Position numbers and translations under genes: made by a program. A stretch of 58,521 bases of DNA from a virus (taxonomy: Duplodnaviria > Caudoviricetes), in the IMG/VR virus record IMGVR_UViG_3300046167_000389, positions 1 through 58,521 of that record; one strand, 5' to 3'. Of the stretch, positions 17,185-27,792 are shown in pieces (the stretch's first letter is position 1; each line of letters starts with the position of its first letter). Below the pieces are notes generated by a model. That model was given only the letters and a program-made list of their open reading frames with translations, was not told where the DNA came from and made no database searches.

Positions 17185-19104
17185 CCTTACTACCAACTGA
17201 CTACCAGACCTTTATCGCAACCAGCCGCTATGCGAGGTGGCTTGAAGAAGAAGGCCGCAGGGAGAACTGGGGCGAGACAGTATCTCGGTACATGGATAAC
17301 ATCGTAAAGCCTGTAGCCGGTGATGATACCTATATAAAGAATATAGAACAGGCCATCCTTAGCCTAGAAGTCATGCCCAGTATGCGGTCAATGATGACGG
17401 CTGGAAAGGCGGCTAACCGCGATAATACGTGCATGTACAACTGTAGTTATCTAGCCGTAGATGATCCGAAGGCCTTCGATGAGGCTATGTTCATCCTGCT
17501 CTGTGGAACTGGGGTAGGGTTCTCTGTCGAGAGACAGTATATCAATAATCTCCCTGAAGTTCCTACGCTCTTCGACAGTGATACTATTGTCATGGTCAGG
17601 GATAGTAAGGAAGGATGGGCTAAGGCTTTCAGGCAAGTTCTTGCTCTCCTGTGGGCTGGTGAAATTCCAAAATGGAATGTCGGAAAAGGTTAGACCGGCT
17701 GGTGCGCGACTAAAGACATTCGGGGGCAGGGCGTCTGGCCCAGCGCCGTTAATTGATCTGTTTAACTTTGCGGTTAAAACCTTCAAAGCTGCACAAGGCC
17801 GAAAGATGTCTTCCATAGAATGCCATGACCTGATGTGCAAAGTGGGCGAAGTAGTAGTCGTTGGCGGTGTACGCCGCTCCGCAATGATTTCTCTGAGTAA
17901 CCTGTCTGATGATCGTATGCGACATGCTAAGAGTGGTAAGTGGTGGGATGAGCCGCAAAACAATATTTACAGATTTGGTTATCGTGCTTTAGCAAACAAC
18001 TCTGTGGCATACTCGGAGAAGCCTGACAGCATAGCATTCATGCGTGAGTGGACTGCCTTAGTAGAGAGCGGGTCAGGCGAGCGAGGGATATTCAATCGTC
18101 AAGCAAGTAAGACGCAAGCTGCTAAAAATGATAGACGGGATAGTTCATATGATTTTGGAACTAATCCTTGTAGCGAGATTATCCTTAGACCATCACAATT
18201 TTGCAACCTCAGTGAAGTAGTTGTACGGGCAACCGACACTATAGAAGACTTGGAGCGTAAGGTTCGTATAGCTACGATTTTGGGAACCATACAGGCCACA
18301 TACACTAAGTTCCCATACCTTCGGAAAGTCTGGGAGAAGAATACTGCCGAAGAGCGTCTACTTGGCGTCAGTCTCACAGGTATTATGGACAACCCTCTAA
18401 TGACTACAGCCAACAATGGATTGGCTAAGACTTTAGAGCATCTCAAGCAGGTTGCGGTGGACACTAACAAGGAGTGGGCAGATAGGCTTGGCATAGAGCA
18501 GTCGGCTGCTATTACGTGCATAAAACCATCGGGAACAGTTTCTCAACTTGTTTCATGCGCCAGCGGGATTCACGCACGGCACTCTCCGTATTATATTCGT
18601 ACAGTGAGGGGCGATAATAAAGACCCTCTAACGAGATTTATGATAGACCAAGGCATTCCCAATGAGCCAGAGTCTCAGAAACCTGATCAAACGACTGTCT
18701 TTAGCTTTCCTGTGAAGTCTCCTGAAGGAGCGGTCTGCACCGCAGATGTGACGGCTATTGAGCAGCTTGAAATGTGGCTGATGTACCAGAGGCACTGGTG
18801 CGAGCATAAGCCAAGCGTGACTATCAATGTGAAGGCAGATGAGTGGTTTGAAGTAGGCGCATTTGTATATGAGAATTTTGATGAGATGTCTGGCGTATCG
18901 TTCTTGCCATTTAATGAGCATGTATATGTCCAAGCTGTTTATCAGGATTGCAAGGCTTCAGATTATCAAAGTCTTTTGGAAAAAATGCCTGATCGAATTG
19001 ACTGGTCAAAACTTCAAGACTACGAAAAAGAGGACAACACCGTGTCTATGCAGACGATGGCTTGCACTGGAGACAGTTGCGAACTTGTTGATATTTCAGC
19101 ATAA
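17177..19104 (+). CDS. nrdJ: Class II (B12-dependent) ribonucleotide reductase, two frameshifts
   Basis: MSNLLPTDYQ...SRYARW start, GTGVGFSVE, GGVRRSA, TNPCSEI, KPSGTVSQL, C-terminal ACTGDSCE. Confidence 0.9.
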
Positions 19105-19112
19105 ATCCCAAT

Positions 19113-19144
19113 AAAAAAGCCCTCAGATCGCTTGACCTGAGAGC
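19113..19144 (-). terminator. Terminator of the leftward structural transcript
   Basis: GCTCTCAGGTC-AAGC-GATCTGAGGGC followed by T6; overlaps the -35 of the sRNA promoter. Confidence 0.8.
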
Positions 19145-19160
19145 GCATTTACACTAAAAT
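19132..19160 (+). promoter_or_regulatory. Sigma70-type promoter of the candidate sRNA
   Basis: TTGACC-N17-TAAAAT. Confidence 0.7.
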
Positions 19161-19166
19161 GTATCT

Positions 19167-19238
19167 TGAATGGGGTTGAGATTGGTCCATCCTGTTCGTT
19201 GGTTGAGACCCCTGCTTTGGTTGGCGGGGGTCTCTTTT
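19167..19238 (+). ncRNA. Candidate ~70-nt trans-acting antisense sRNA
   Basis: Lies between the promoter and the terminator GAGACCCCTGC-TTTGGTTG-GCGGGGGTCTC-TTTT; contains ATTGGTCC and GTTCGTTGGTTG, complementary to early-gene leaders. Confidence 0.72.
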
Positions 19239-22200
19239 ATTCTATACCCAGATCCATCATCTGTTCGTCTATGCTGATAGTAGGAACACTTTCGTCTTCT
19301 GTATTGCCTGTTACTGAAGAAGGGTACGCAAGAGACATAGTTTCTAAGTTGTCGCCTACTTTTCTACCCGCTATTGTTACAGCACCACTCACACCTATCT
19401 GCCTCGCCATACGGCTGTATTCTTTGATCGTTTCAATCACTGTTTTCTGCATGGGGCCACGGCCCTTAATTCCAGCCACAATTAATTCAGGCACTTTAAA
19501 GAGCAGTTCCATTTGGGTTTTCTGGTTCGCTATTGGAAGCTGGTCGATATACTTTTTAAAGAATGCGGAGCCAATGGCTGCAGCTTGTAGACTGGCATCA
19601 CCTCTACCAAATAATACACCTACGTTAGCACCAATTAATCTAGCTAAATTCTTTTGAAGATCTGGTGTATCTGACATTACCTGATTAAACGTCTTAGGGT
19701 CTGTCATTCTCTTTTCTAGTTGTAGGCCTTGAAAGATCATTTCTCCTATAGCATTTTTTTCGTCAGCACTTAAAATCCCAGTGTCTACCATCACATCTAG
19801 AATAGTAGGGTCTCCTGAGCGTCTACTCATAGGCTGTAACATACGTTTAGCTACCGTGGTGAAGTCTGGTGGATCACCCGCCCCTGCAAATATCTCATCG
19901 ATTGTTGCATTTCTAAAATCAATCTTAGCTTCAGGAGAAATAGAACCCGCTTCGACAGCTTCCCTAGCCAGCCTTGAGTAACCCTCTACTGGGGTGTCTG
20001 TTGCTAATGTTTTCCCTATAGCGTCTGATAGTCTTTCGGTGTTTCTTACAAATCCTAACTCATCAATTAGCCTCGCTGCGGTTTTATTGGCCTCGTACAG
20101 CGTAAGCAGATCTCCTTTGAAGTTATCGAACTGATTAATAAGATTTTGGTTTTGATTGATAAATGTGTCTAAGGCTTTGAGGTCTAAAACGCCTGTAGTA
20201 ACATCTTCAAACTCCATAATCTTAGATCGTAAGAAGTCTTCTTGAGCTTTGCTTATAGTTAATCCCAGCAATACAGGTTCGTCGGCTAGGGCAGGTGGCA
20301 AGTAGTCAGGAGTAGCCCCAGTCCTAGAGAAGTCTACTGTAGGGCCGTCTTCAGGAGCATCTTCAGGCTTAGGATCTCTACTGTAAGTCTCCCCTTCAGG
20401 ACGGTTGAACATCTCGTCCAATCTTTCCTGCGTAGACTCAAAGTTTGGCAACTCATCTCTAGGAACAGGGTCTCCATCTCCTGCGGCTTCAGGCGGCACA
20501 GCTTCAGTTACTTCATCTTGAAATTGTCTTTCAAAGGTACTTCTTCTGCCATCGGGTGGAAAAATATCATTACCAGATCCGGGTTCTCTAAAGGAAGGAT
20601 CACCTACTGGCTCAGTAATCATCTCCCCATTCTCATCAAACTGCACCTGACCAAATTCATCTCGTACAGGGCGCTGGGCTGCAGCCGTAGCACGGTAAGG
20701 GTAGGCGGTGTTCTCAGGATAGATTACATCATCAGTAGTGGCTGCGTCAGTAGTAGGTGGTACAGGCTCCTCGACGTTCTCTGCAGCGGCCTTCTTAGCA
20801 GCTAGAGAATCTTCCATGCGGATTAATTCAACTCTATCTGCAGCGGCGTCAGTAAACTCAGCGGCCTCTCTTAGCTCTCTAAATTTTTCATCTGCCTCTG
20901 CACCACCGGAGCCAAAGCCCTCTCTTAATACGGCGGTATCTCTAATACTTGTGCCGCCCTTAGTCTCTGTAGAGAGTACATCTTTTACAAAATACCGTGT
21001 AAATCTTTTATTAAGCGCAGCACTAAATCCACGGGCTTGGTCAATAACACTACCAGCCGCCCCGTCTAAGGTACTTAGCTGATCAATAGATGCAGCGGCT
21101 AGATCATCAAATAAACCCGCCTTCTTAAATTCACTATTAGCGGCAGATGCTCTAGATTGATCCAGCATCTCAGAGCGAAACTGAAGTATTCTTCCTACAG
21201 TAACACTTCCGTTTTTTCGTATCTCTGCTTGCAGATTATCAATAACGTCATCAAGCTGACCGCCGCCAGCTATTGTTCTACCTTCAGGAAGGCCGTCTTT
21301 TAATTTCTGTATTACTGCAGAAAGTTGTTCTCCAGATACAGACTGTTCCTGATTAATTCTATCCCAGAGTGCAGTCTCCATACTTCTGATATTATCTTTA
21401 GCTTGGAAGATAGTTTTCTGCGTAAGGATGGAAGCCGCCGCAGGGTCTGTTTTACTCATGGCTTTTAAAGCTTCTGCCACTTTATCTTCTTCTAGCTTTA
21501 ATTTAGAGTCGATCACACTAGAATAGAAATTTGTTCGTAGAGCTTTAGCCATCTCTGTATTACCGGCCCTAGCCATAATATCAGAGGCCTTTAGAATGCC
21601 CGACAAGACTAGATTGGCCCGTTCCATAACGTCTTTACCAAACTCAGGGCTTTCAACCATTAACCTCTTCTGCATTGCCATTAGCAGCGGGTTACCAGTT
21701 AAGTCTCCTGCCGCAAGATTACCTCCTAAAGAGTCGGCTGTCTCTATGTCTGATATTATTCGCTCAGGAGTGTAGAACTCTGCCTGTTCTCTAAGTGCGG
21801 CTGCAGAGGTTGTATTTCCATTACTTTCAACAAAATCGGCCTCTTCTAGTAGGCCTTTTCTAGTTTGCTCTGCAGTTTTTAGGATTTGATCTACTGCTAG
21901 TTTTCTAGCTCCGGTGTCACTCCAGCTAGAAAATACTTGATCGACTGCCTTACGCCCTTGTCTGTATGCCATTCCTAAAGGTGATGCTTTTGAGATAGCT
22001 CCTACATTGGCCCCAGAAATACCACCCAGTAATTCTGCCCCCATCATAACCCAAGGGTTATCTCCTAGACCACCAGCTTCTACTGCAGCCACTCCTGCAG
22101 CCGCTCCTGTGGTGGCAGCGGCTTCTGTTGCAGCAAATTTAGCAGGATTATTTCTGATCCCTTGCATGAGAGGATTAGTAAGTCCAAATCCCGTCTTAGC

Positions 22201-22791
22201 AGCTTGTAAGCCACCGGCTATAGGTAGGGCATTTTCCCCGATTACCCTACCAGCTTGAAACGCAGGTCTATACTCTTGAGGAACTTCTTCTCGGCTATCT
22301 ACATAATCGATTGTGCCTAGAGAAGCAGCTTCAATAGTGTCTCTTACATTCTGACCGCCGCCGATTGGATTAGGAGATGAAAGATAGAAGTCATCTGGGT
22401 CTGTGCTGGCATTAACACCTACTGCATTGAGGCCTTTTCTAACCAATCCTTCACCAGCTTGAAGGCCCATATTAACAAGGTCTACTGGTGTACCCATCAA
22501 GTTAGTTACACCAGTAGCTGCACCTGAGAGTAATGCCTCTGGCTGACTATCTATTGAGCTAGTGGCTATACCTGCATCCACATTACCTTTAGTTCGTAGA
22601 GCTTTACCTGAAGTGATAAAGTCCATGATACTTGAAACGCTGTCTCCAGATTGTTTCGCGGCGTTCAAGTCCATCGTGAAGTCATCTACAGTTAATGAGC
22701 CGCCACTATCTTGTAGTAGGGTTTCAAAAATATCTTCATCAGGCACACCGTTAGCACGGTCTTGCAGAATTAATCTTGCATCAATTTCCAT
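19237..22791 (-). CDS. Large internal virion (ejection) protein, putative
   Basis: 1184 aa; last gene of the structural module. Confidence 0.6.
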   Translation of the reverse strand: MEIDARLILQDRANGVPDEDIFETLLQDSGGSLTVDDFTMDLNAAKQSGDSVSSIMDFITSGKALRTKGNVDAGIATSSIDSQPEALLSGAATGVTNLMGTPVDLVNMGLQAGEGLVRKGLNAVGVNASTDPDDFYLSSPNPIGGGQNVRDTIEAASLGTIDYVDSREEVPQEYRPAFQAGRVIGENALPIAGGLQAAKTGFGLTNPLMQGIRNNPAKFAATEAAATTGAAAGVAAVEAGGLGDNPWVMMGAELLGGISGANVGAISKASPLGMAYRQGRKAVDQVFSSWSDTGARKLAVDQILKTAEQTRKGLLEEADFVESNGNTTSAAALREQAEFYTPERIISDIETADSLGGNLAAGDLTGNPLLMAMQKRLMVESPEFGKDVMERANLVLSGILKASDIMARAGNTEMAKALRTNFYSSVIDSKLKLEEDKVAEALKAMSKTDPAAASILTQKTIFQAKDNIRSMETALWDRINQEQSVSGEQLSAVIQKLKDGLPEGRTIAGGGQLDDVIDNLQAEIRKNGSVTVGRILQFRSEMLDQSRASAANSEFKKAGLFDDLAAASIDQLSTLDGAAGSVIDQARGFSAALNKRFTRYFVKDVLSTETKGGTSIRDTAVLREGFGSGGAEADEKFRELREAAEFTDAAADRVELIRMEDSLAAKKAAAENVEEPVPPTTDAATTDDVIYPENTAYPYRATAAAQRPVRDEFGQVQFDENGEMITEPVGDPSFREPGSGNDIFPPDGRRSTFERQFQDEVTEAVPPEAAGDGDPVPRDELPNFESTQERLDEMFNRPEGETYSRDPKPEDAPEDGPTVDFSRTGATPDYLPPALADEPVLLGLTISKAQEDFLRSKIMEFEDVTTGVLDLKALDTFINQNQNLINQFDNFKGDLLTLYEANKTAARLIDELGFVRNTERLSDAIGKTLATDTPVEGYSRLAREAVEAGSISPEAKIDFRNATIDEIFAGAGDPPDFTTVAKRMLQPMSRRSGDPTILDVMVDTGILSADEKNAIGEMIFQGLQLEKRMTDPKTFNQVMSDTPDLQKNLARLIGANVGVLFGRGDASLQAAAIGSAFFKKYIDQLPIANQKTQMELLFKVPELIVAGIKGRGPMQKTVIETIKEYSRMARQIGVSGAVTIAGRKVGDNLETMSLAYPSSVTGNTEDESVPTISIDEQMMDLGIE

Positions 22792-22799
22792 AGGATTTC

Positions 22800-25166
22800 C
22801 TATCCATCACGTTTTATGTAGGAAGATTGGCCGACAGGAGTTGTACCACTCTGTGGGTTTTCAAACCCTTCAACAATTGTCTCATATATTTCCAATAAAG
22901 GGAGAAGAGAGTTTAACGCCATTCTAGCCTTGGCATTATCTCTTGTAGACATAGTCATATCCACTGAATTTTTACTCTGTGTAGAGACCGCACCTTCTAA
23001 AATTTGTTTGACTGATTTAAATCCACGTAAAGCATTTGGCTTAAAAGATCCGCTATCCAATAGCTTGCCCGGTTCAGGTATTAATGAAGCTAATTGCTGC
23101 TTAAGAGCTACGCTGTCTCGGATGTTTGGAAATGCAGATACAAGCTGTAAGACCGTTAGAGTTCTAAGCTTCTCCAACTTAGACTTTGCCTCTGCGCTGT
23201 TCTCATCAAAAGTAGTTCCGAAGACAAAGCCTGATACATTATTCCCAATCTTCTTAGCCCAGCCTTCAGGACCAAATGCAGAGCTAATGTCTTGCAATCC
23301 AGCAATACCCCCACCAAGACCGGCTTCTGCCAGTAAAGATGCTGCAGCGGCTTTTTCTTCGGCAGTAATTACTACTTTATTCCCCTGCTCATCCTCATAA
23401 AATACACTAGGAACGCTCAGGTTATTGGGGTCTCCGGTTTGACCGCTTTGCATAGCTTCTTGTAGAGCCTCATTCATTAGTACCTGAGTCTCTGTATTCT
23501 GATCTGGATTTGATCTCTTAGGATAGAACTGTTCACCTGTGGCTTTATTTACAAATACAACTCTGCCCAAACCATCAGATGATATATTTATAAAGCCGTT
23601 TTTAAGTTGGGAAGCTTCTTCGCGGTCAATGCTAAAGTCCTGCATTATTTGCTCTACCGCACCAAGCTGTACGTCACTATAACCGCCTTCGGGGCCAGTT
23701 AATCTATTATACTCGTCTTGAGAATATACCCTTGTCGTTGTCTGTGTACCTTTTTGATATAAGGTGCGTGGGGTAAATGTTGCAGAAGAAGTTGCTTCAT
23801 TCCAAGAATTTTCAATAGCAGCTACACGCTTACTATATTCTTCTGGCGGTAGTCCTTCTGGTATTAAAGCTTTTTCTGCAGTAAAATATAATCCTTTAGC
23901 CGTAGTAGGCTTAGGAATATCATCCACTGCCTTTTGATCATTACGGGCTTTTAGGGCTACTTGATAGGGGGCTATTTCAGCTTCCGGTCTACCTTCTAGC
24001 TCCATAACAGCAATCTTAGCAACTAAGTCAAATCTACTAAGTGCGCTTGGGTTTATTCTAGGCGCTGTAATTTTATTAGCGCGTTCAATTAGAGCATCAT
24101 CTCCTGAGTCATTGGCTATGAGTAGAATCTGTGCTGCAGTGTGGTATGTGCCATCCTTCTTTTTAAACGGATCAAATAAACCCTTCTTGTCGGCTATTAT
24201 AAACGAAGCGAAGTTTGGATCGTCTTGTTCTTCTTCCATCATAAACGAAGAGTCAGCAAAGTCTTTTGCGTACTTGCTCATATACGTGCCATTGGAGTCT
24301 TTGCGGTCTTTTTCACCACCCGATATCAAGTAATTTTTCAGGCCGGTCTTACCGCCTAAATGAGCAATAGCTACTAGGCTGGACTCTGTGAGTATAGTGC
24401 CGTTTATTTCTTCACCTACATACTCATCTAGACCTTCATTTCTAATAAACGTACTGATGTCTCTGAAGTGCCAGTTATTTATCTTTCTCTGCTCTCCTTC
24501 CGGTAACTGAGCAAAGGTGTCTGGAGTAAAGTTAGTGCCGTACTTTTCGTTATAATCTTGCAGTCTAGCTTGCCCCATCTGAATTAAGCCGCCGTACTTC
24601 TTGCCGTCTTTTGGATCAATCGACACTTCAGTGGAAACACCACTGCTTTCTCTCATCTCCATATCAGTAGGAGTAGGCGGCTTAGTATCTCCTGCCGCAG
24701 TATCGAATATAGCATCGGTTTGCTGGGCTGCCTCCGCAAGTCCGGGGGGAGCTTTTTTAGACTTTTTAGAGGCTACACTCTGAAGTTGATTTCCTAGCTC
24801 CGTATAATATTCCATAACCAAAGCAGCATCATCATCAAATAGCTCAAGGTTGGATATTACATGTCGTTGGAAGTTAGGGTTCTTAGCGTCTTCTCCTAAA
24901 TTACCTAAAATAGAGATTGCCTTAGATCTACGCTGTTTTTCCAAAGCATTTTTAGCTTTGCGTTTTTTATTAAGCTCTTCGTTTTTGACCTTCTGCTCTT
25001 CCATAAGCTTCAGGGCTTCTTCGCGTCTACGGTCTTCCCGATCCTGTATGTAATTAGCGCCTGTCTTCAATAGCATACCAATGCCTTGTTCAAAGTCGCT
25101 AGGAGCCTCTGGCTTGAAGCTTAGTTCGCCTGAAGCTACTTGTCTCTGAGTATCACGCCAACCCAT
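22800..25166 (-). CDS. Internal virion protein with lysozyme/transglycosylase-like domain
   Basis: RESSG, YGGLIQMG, VAIAHLGG motifs. Confidence 0.65.
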   Translation of the reverse strand: MGWRDTQRQVASGELSFKPEAPSDFEQGIGMLLKTGANYIQDREDRRREEALKLMEEQKVKNEELNKKRKAKNALEKQRRSKAISILGNLGEDAKNPNFQRHVISNLELFDDDAALVMEYYTELGNQLQSVASKKSKKAPPGLAEAAQQTDAIFDTAAGDTKPPTPTDMEMRESSGVSTEVSIDPKDGKKYGGLIQMGQARLQDYNEKYGTNFTPDTFAQLPEGEQRKINNWHFRDISTFIRNEGLDEYVGEEINGTILTESSLVAIAHLGGKTGLKNYLISGGEKDRKDSNGTYMSKYAKDFADSSFMMEEEQDDPNFASFIIADKKGLFDPFKKKDGTYHTAAQILLIANDSGDDALIERANKITAPRINPSALSRFDLVAKIAVMELEGRPEAEIAPYQVALKARNDQKAVDDIPKPTTAKGLYFTAEKALIPEGLPPEEYSKRVAAIENSWNEATSSATFTPRTLYQKGTQTTTRVYSQDEYNRLTGPEGGYSDVQLGAVEQIMQDFSIDREEASQLKNGFINISSDGLGRVVFVNKATGEQFYPKRSNPDQNTETQVLMNEALQEAMQSGQTGDPNNLSVPSVFYEDEQGNKVVITAEEKAAAASLLAEAGLGGGIAGLQDISSAFGPEGWAKKIGNNVSGFVFGTTFDENSAEAKSKLEKLRTLTVLQLVSAFPNIRDSVALKQQLASLIPEPGKLLDSGSFKPNALRGFKSVKQILEGAVSTQSKNSVDMTMSTRDNAKARMALNSLLPLLEIYETIVEGFENPQSGTTPVGQSSYIKRDG

Positions 25167-25719
25167 CTACTGGCTCCTCTTCTGTATTTTCCATCCCCAG
25201 CATGGCTGACTGCTCCTCTGCAGGGGCTACCATTTCACTTTTTTCTGTAGGCGCTCCCATCAGACCACCTGTAGGTATCTCAGAGGCTGTCTCAGGAGCT
25301 TGTGGGGGCATCTCTGCCATATCGTCTGCATCCATAATACCCATAGATAGCTTTAAGGCTGTTGGGGTAATCTTTGGCTTGCGGTCTTCAATAATCAGCT
25401 TGGGAGAGAGACCTGCATCCTTAGCCATAATATCGATATACCGCACAACAGGGCCAGCTACTAAGATAGCCAGATCAATAGCAAGCTTGCCTTTGCTGAC
25501 TGCTTGTAGAAGCATTGCAGTCACTGCACTGGTAACATCCAACTTCAGTTCAACCAGTGACATCACAAGGTCATGCTGATCGGGTTCGCTTACCTTACCA
25601 ATCAAGTACTGAACTGCCTCATCATAGTCAGTATACTCAGGCGGTCGATGCCAAGGGTAGTTTCTTGTATCGGCGGTCATGTTAGCGCCCGGAATTGGTG
25701 CATCTACTGGCTGTCGCAT
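25153..25719 (-). CDS. Hypothetical structural-module protein
   Basis: APIPGANMT...YPWHRPPEY. Confidence 0.65.
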   Translation of the reverse strand: MRQPVDAPIPGANMTADTRNYPWHRPPEYTDYDEAVQYLIGKVSEPDQHDLVMSLVELKLDVTSAVTAMLLQAVSKGKLAIDLAILVAGPVVRYIDIMAKDAGLSPKLIIEDRKPKITPTALKLSMGIMDADDMAEMPPQAPETASEIPTGGLMGAPTEKSEMVAPAEEQSAMLGMENTEEEPVDGLA

Positions 25720-25883
25720 CAGTCTTTATCCTTCTCAGTAGTACCTAAAATGCGCTCTTCTAGTGCATCAAAATAGTCTGGGGTGAACAATCTACCTTGT
25801 TCAGCGAGGTCCGTTGTCTTTGGGGGTGTCTTTCCATCCAAAAACAATTTCACAGACTTCTGTACTGCATCTTCAAATTTCAT
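25719..25883 (-). CDS. 54-aa hypothetical protein (MKFEDAVQKS...)
   Basis: Read by hand; fills the gap with coupled junctions. Confidence 0.6.
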   Translation of the reverse strand: MKFEDAVQKSVKLFLDGKTPPKTTDLAEQGRLFTPDYFDALEERILGTTEKDKD

Positions 25884-25884
25884 C

Positions 25885-27792
25885 CTACCAACCCCAATCT
25901 AACCAATCTCTATCCACAATATCTTCCACTGTTTCTACTAGATCAACTTCCAGTTCACCCTCATCAAATGGATTTACGTCTATGTCTACGCCAGCCGCTT
26001 TAAGGGCGGCTGACGCTAATACAACTGGACCAACATACGGAATAGCAGCGGCAGGAACCCCTAAAGCAGCCGCTCCTGTGCCAATTGCACCACTTACGCT
26101 GCTAACTGCTCCACTTACTGCGCTTACTGCGGAACCCACTAATCCAGTACCGCCTGAAACGGCAGAGCTTATTAAGCCACCTTCTCCAGCCGTAGATGAA
26201 CCAAACAATACATCAGTCACCATCCCAGCCCCAGCTTCAGTACCCAGCATAGAACCTGCTAGAGTAAATAGACCCTCTGTAACTGGGTTCATTCCGGGTG
26301 CAGACATTCTAGATTGTGCTGTAATAGTAGTGGCTAGAATATTCATATCACGGTCAGCTTCGCTATTAAAGTTGGTTACCGTGTGGTCCAGCAAACTATC
26401 TACACGATCCCACATCTGGTTCATCGCTTCTTGGCTTAAATCTAACCCGTTACGCACATCCTCATTGGCGGCATCAAAAGACATTTCTGCATTAGTTTCA
26501 GTTACAGTTTGCCGCCATTGAGCATTGTCGGAGTCGATCTGATACTGCATATCGGAGTAGTATCTTTGACGGCTATCTTCCATGTCGGCTTCAAACTCAG
26601 CGCCGTCATTTAATTCCCCTGCATTGAACCGTTTGATTGAGTTTAGTTGTTCAGAACGATGCATCTGGATGTTACTGTTCAGATTGTCATAGTACTTTGT
26701 GAAGTCGTTTTCTTGCTCTACATCGAAGCGTCTAGCCACGTTTGTTTCAGCGGCATCCGACAGCATTACGTCTATCCGCTCTTGAGTGTTAATAATCTCT
26801 GCTTCCTGCTCTAGGTCTAGATTCTTTAGATCCATTTGCAAAAAGGCATCGGCATTATTTACTGCCGCAGTTTCTCTCGCACCTAGATTAGCCACCTCAA
26901 ATTTAGCCAGTGCCTGAGCCTTGTTGATGATTGACTCTTGGCGGTTATCTAAATTCTCCGTAGTCAGCGTCTGAAAGAACGCCGCCTCATCTTTTGATAT
27001 GCCAATCGTCGCTTCCATGATTGCGTTTGCCATCGCTGCAGTCGCCGCAGTACCTGACATGCCATCGAAGGCTATACTACGCTTTAACATACGGGCAGTA
27101 CTTTGCGCCCACGGCGGGATAACCGGCTCACCAGTATCAGGGTCTTTAAACTGCCTACTAATAATATCCATCTGACCTGCTATAGTAGCTTTGGCGTCAG
27201 TGTAATTACCCTCGCCCAGTTCTTCAGCAAGCAACCGCCCAGACGTTGTAGAGGTATCAATTATTGTGGAGAAGTTCTGCGAGGCGTATTGATTTAGGGC
27301 AGCACCTGTCTGGTTAACTGTACCATCTTCGTTAACTCCAGTAGCAGCCGCATCGATGTCAATTTCTATATCACCGGCATCAATAAGAGCATCAGAATCC
27401 TCAGTGAGTTCACCTTGTGCTGCATTAACCGTAGTTAATGGGGTGCCTAATGAACCTTCCACAGTCTCTACATTATCTGAGTATCCCGCTGCGTCTGGGG
27501 TTTCATCAATTTCGTCGGTAAGGGTCACGTCTTCTTCGGCTACTATATTCGTATTATCTATAACCAGATCATCGCCCAGATCATACCTCGCATCGTCTGC
27601 ATCTAGATTTGTGCCTGTAGCATCAGGATCTAATTCGGTATAATTATCACTTAGATTAAGATCATTATCAGTCAAAAACGTATTTGGATCAGTAGCTAAT
27701 GCCTGAATATCTACATCCTGATCAGTCATACCAACGTCATCCATAGCACCATCTAGATCGAAGATGTCTTCGTTTTCTGTTTCTTCAGCCAT
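25885..27792 (-). CDS. Acidic internal virion protein, putative
   Basis: Coiled-coil middle and Gly/Ala-rich hydrophobic C-terminus; start after AAGGA. Confidence 0.6.
   Translation of the reverse strand: MAEETENEDIFDLDGAMDDVGMTDQDVDIQALATDPNTFLTDNDLNLSDNYTELDPDATGTNLDADDARYDLGDDLVIDNTNIVAEEDVTLTDEIDETPDAAGYSDNVETVEGSLGTPLTTVNAAQGELTEDSDALIDAGDIEIDIDAAATGVNEDGTVNQTGAALNQYASQNFSTIIDTSTTSGRLLAEELGEGNYTDAKATIAGQMDIISRQFKDPDTGEPVIPPWAQSTARMLKRSIAFDGMSGTAATAAMANAIMEATIGISKDEAAFFQTLTTENLDNRQESIINKAQALAKFEVANLGARETAAVNNADAFLQMDLKNLDLEQEAEIINTQERIDVMLSDAAETNVARRFDVEQENDFTKYYDNLNSNIQMHRSEQLNSIKRFNAGELNDGAEFEADMEDSRQRYYSDMQYQIDSDNAQWRQTVTETNAEMSFDAANEDVRNGLDLSQEAMNQMWDRVDSLLDHTVTNFNSEADRDMNILATTITAQSRMSAPGMNPVTEGLFTLAGSMLGTEAGAGMVTDVLFGSSTAGEGGLISSAVSGGTGLVGSAVSAVSGAVSSVSGAIGTGAAALGVPAAAIPYVGPVVLASAALKAAGVDIDVNPFDEGELEVDLVETVEDIVDRDWLDWGW

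Noticed and set aside
19166-19657. 163-aa plus-strand ORF over the sRNA locus
   Set aside because: No RBS, crosses a U-tailed terminator, and is antisense to the 1184-aa gene.
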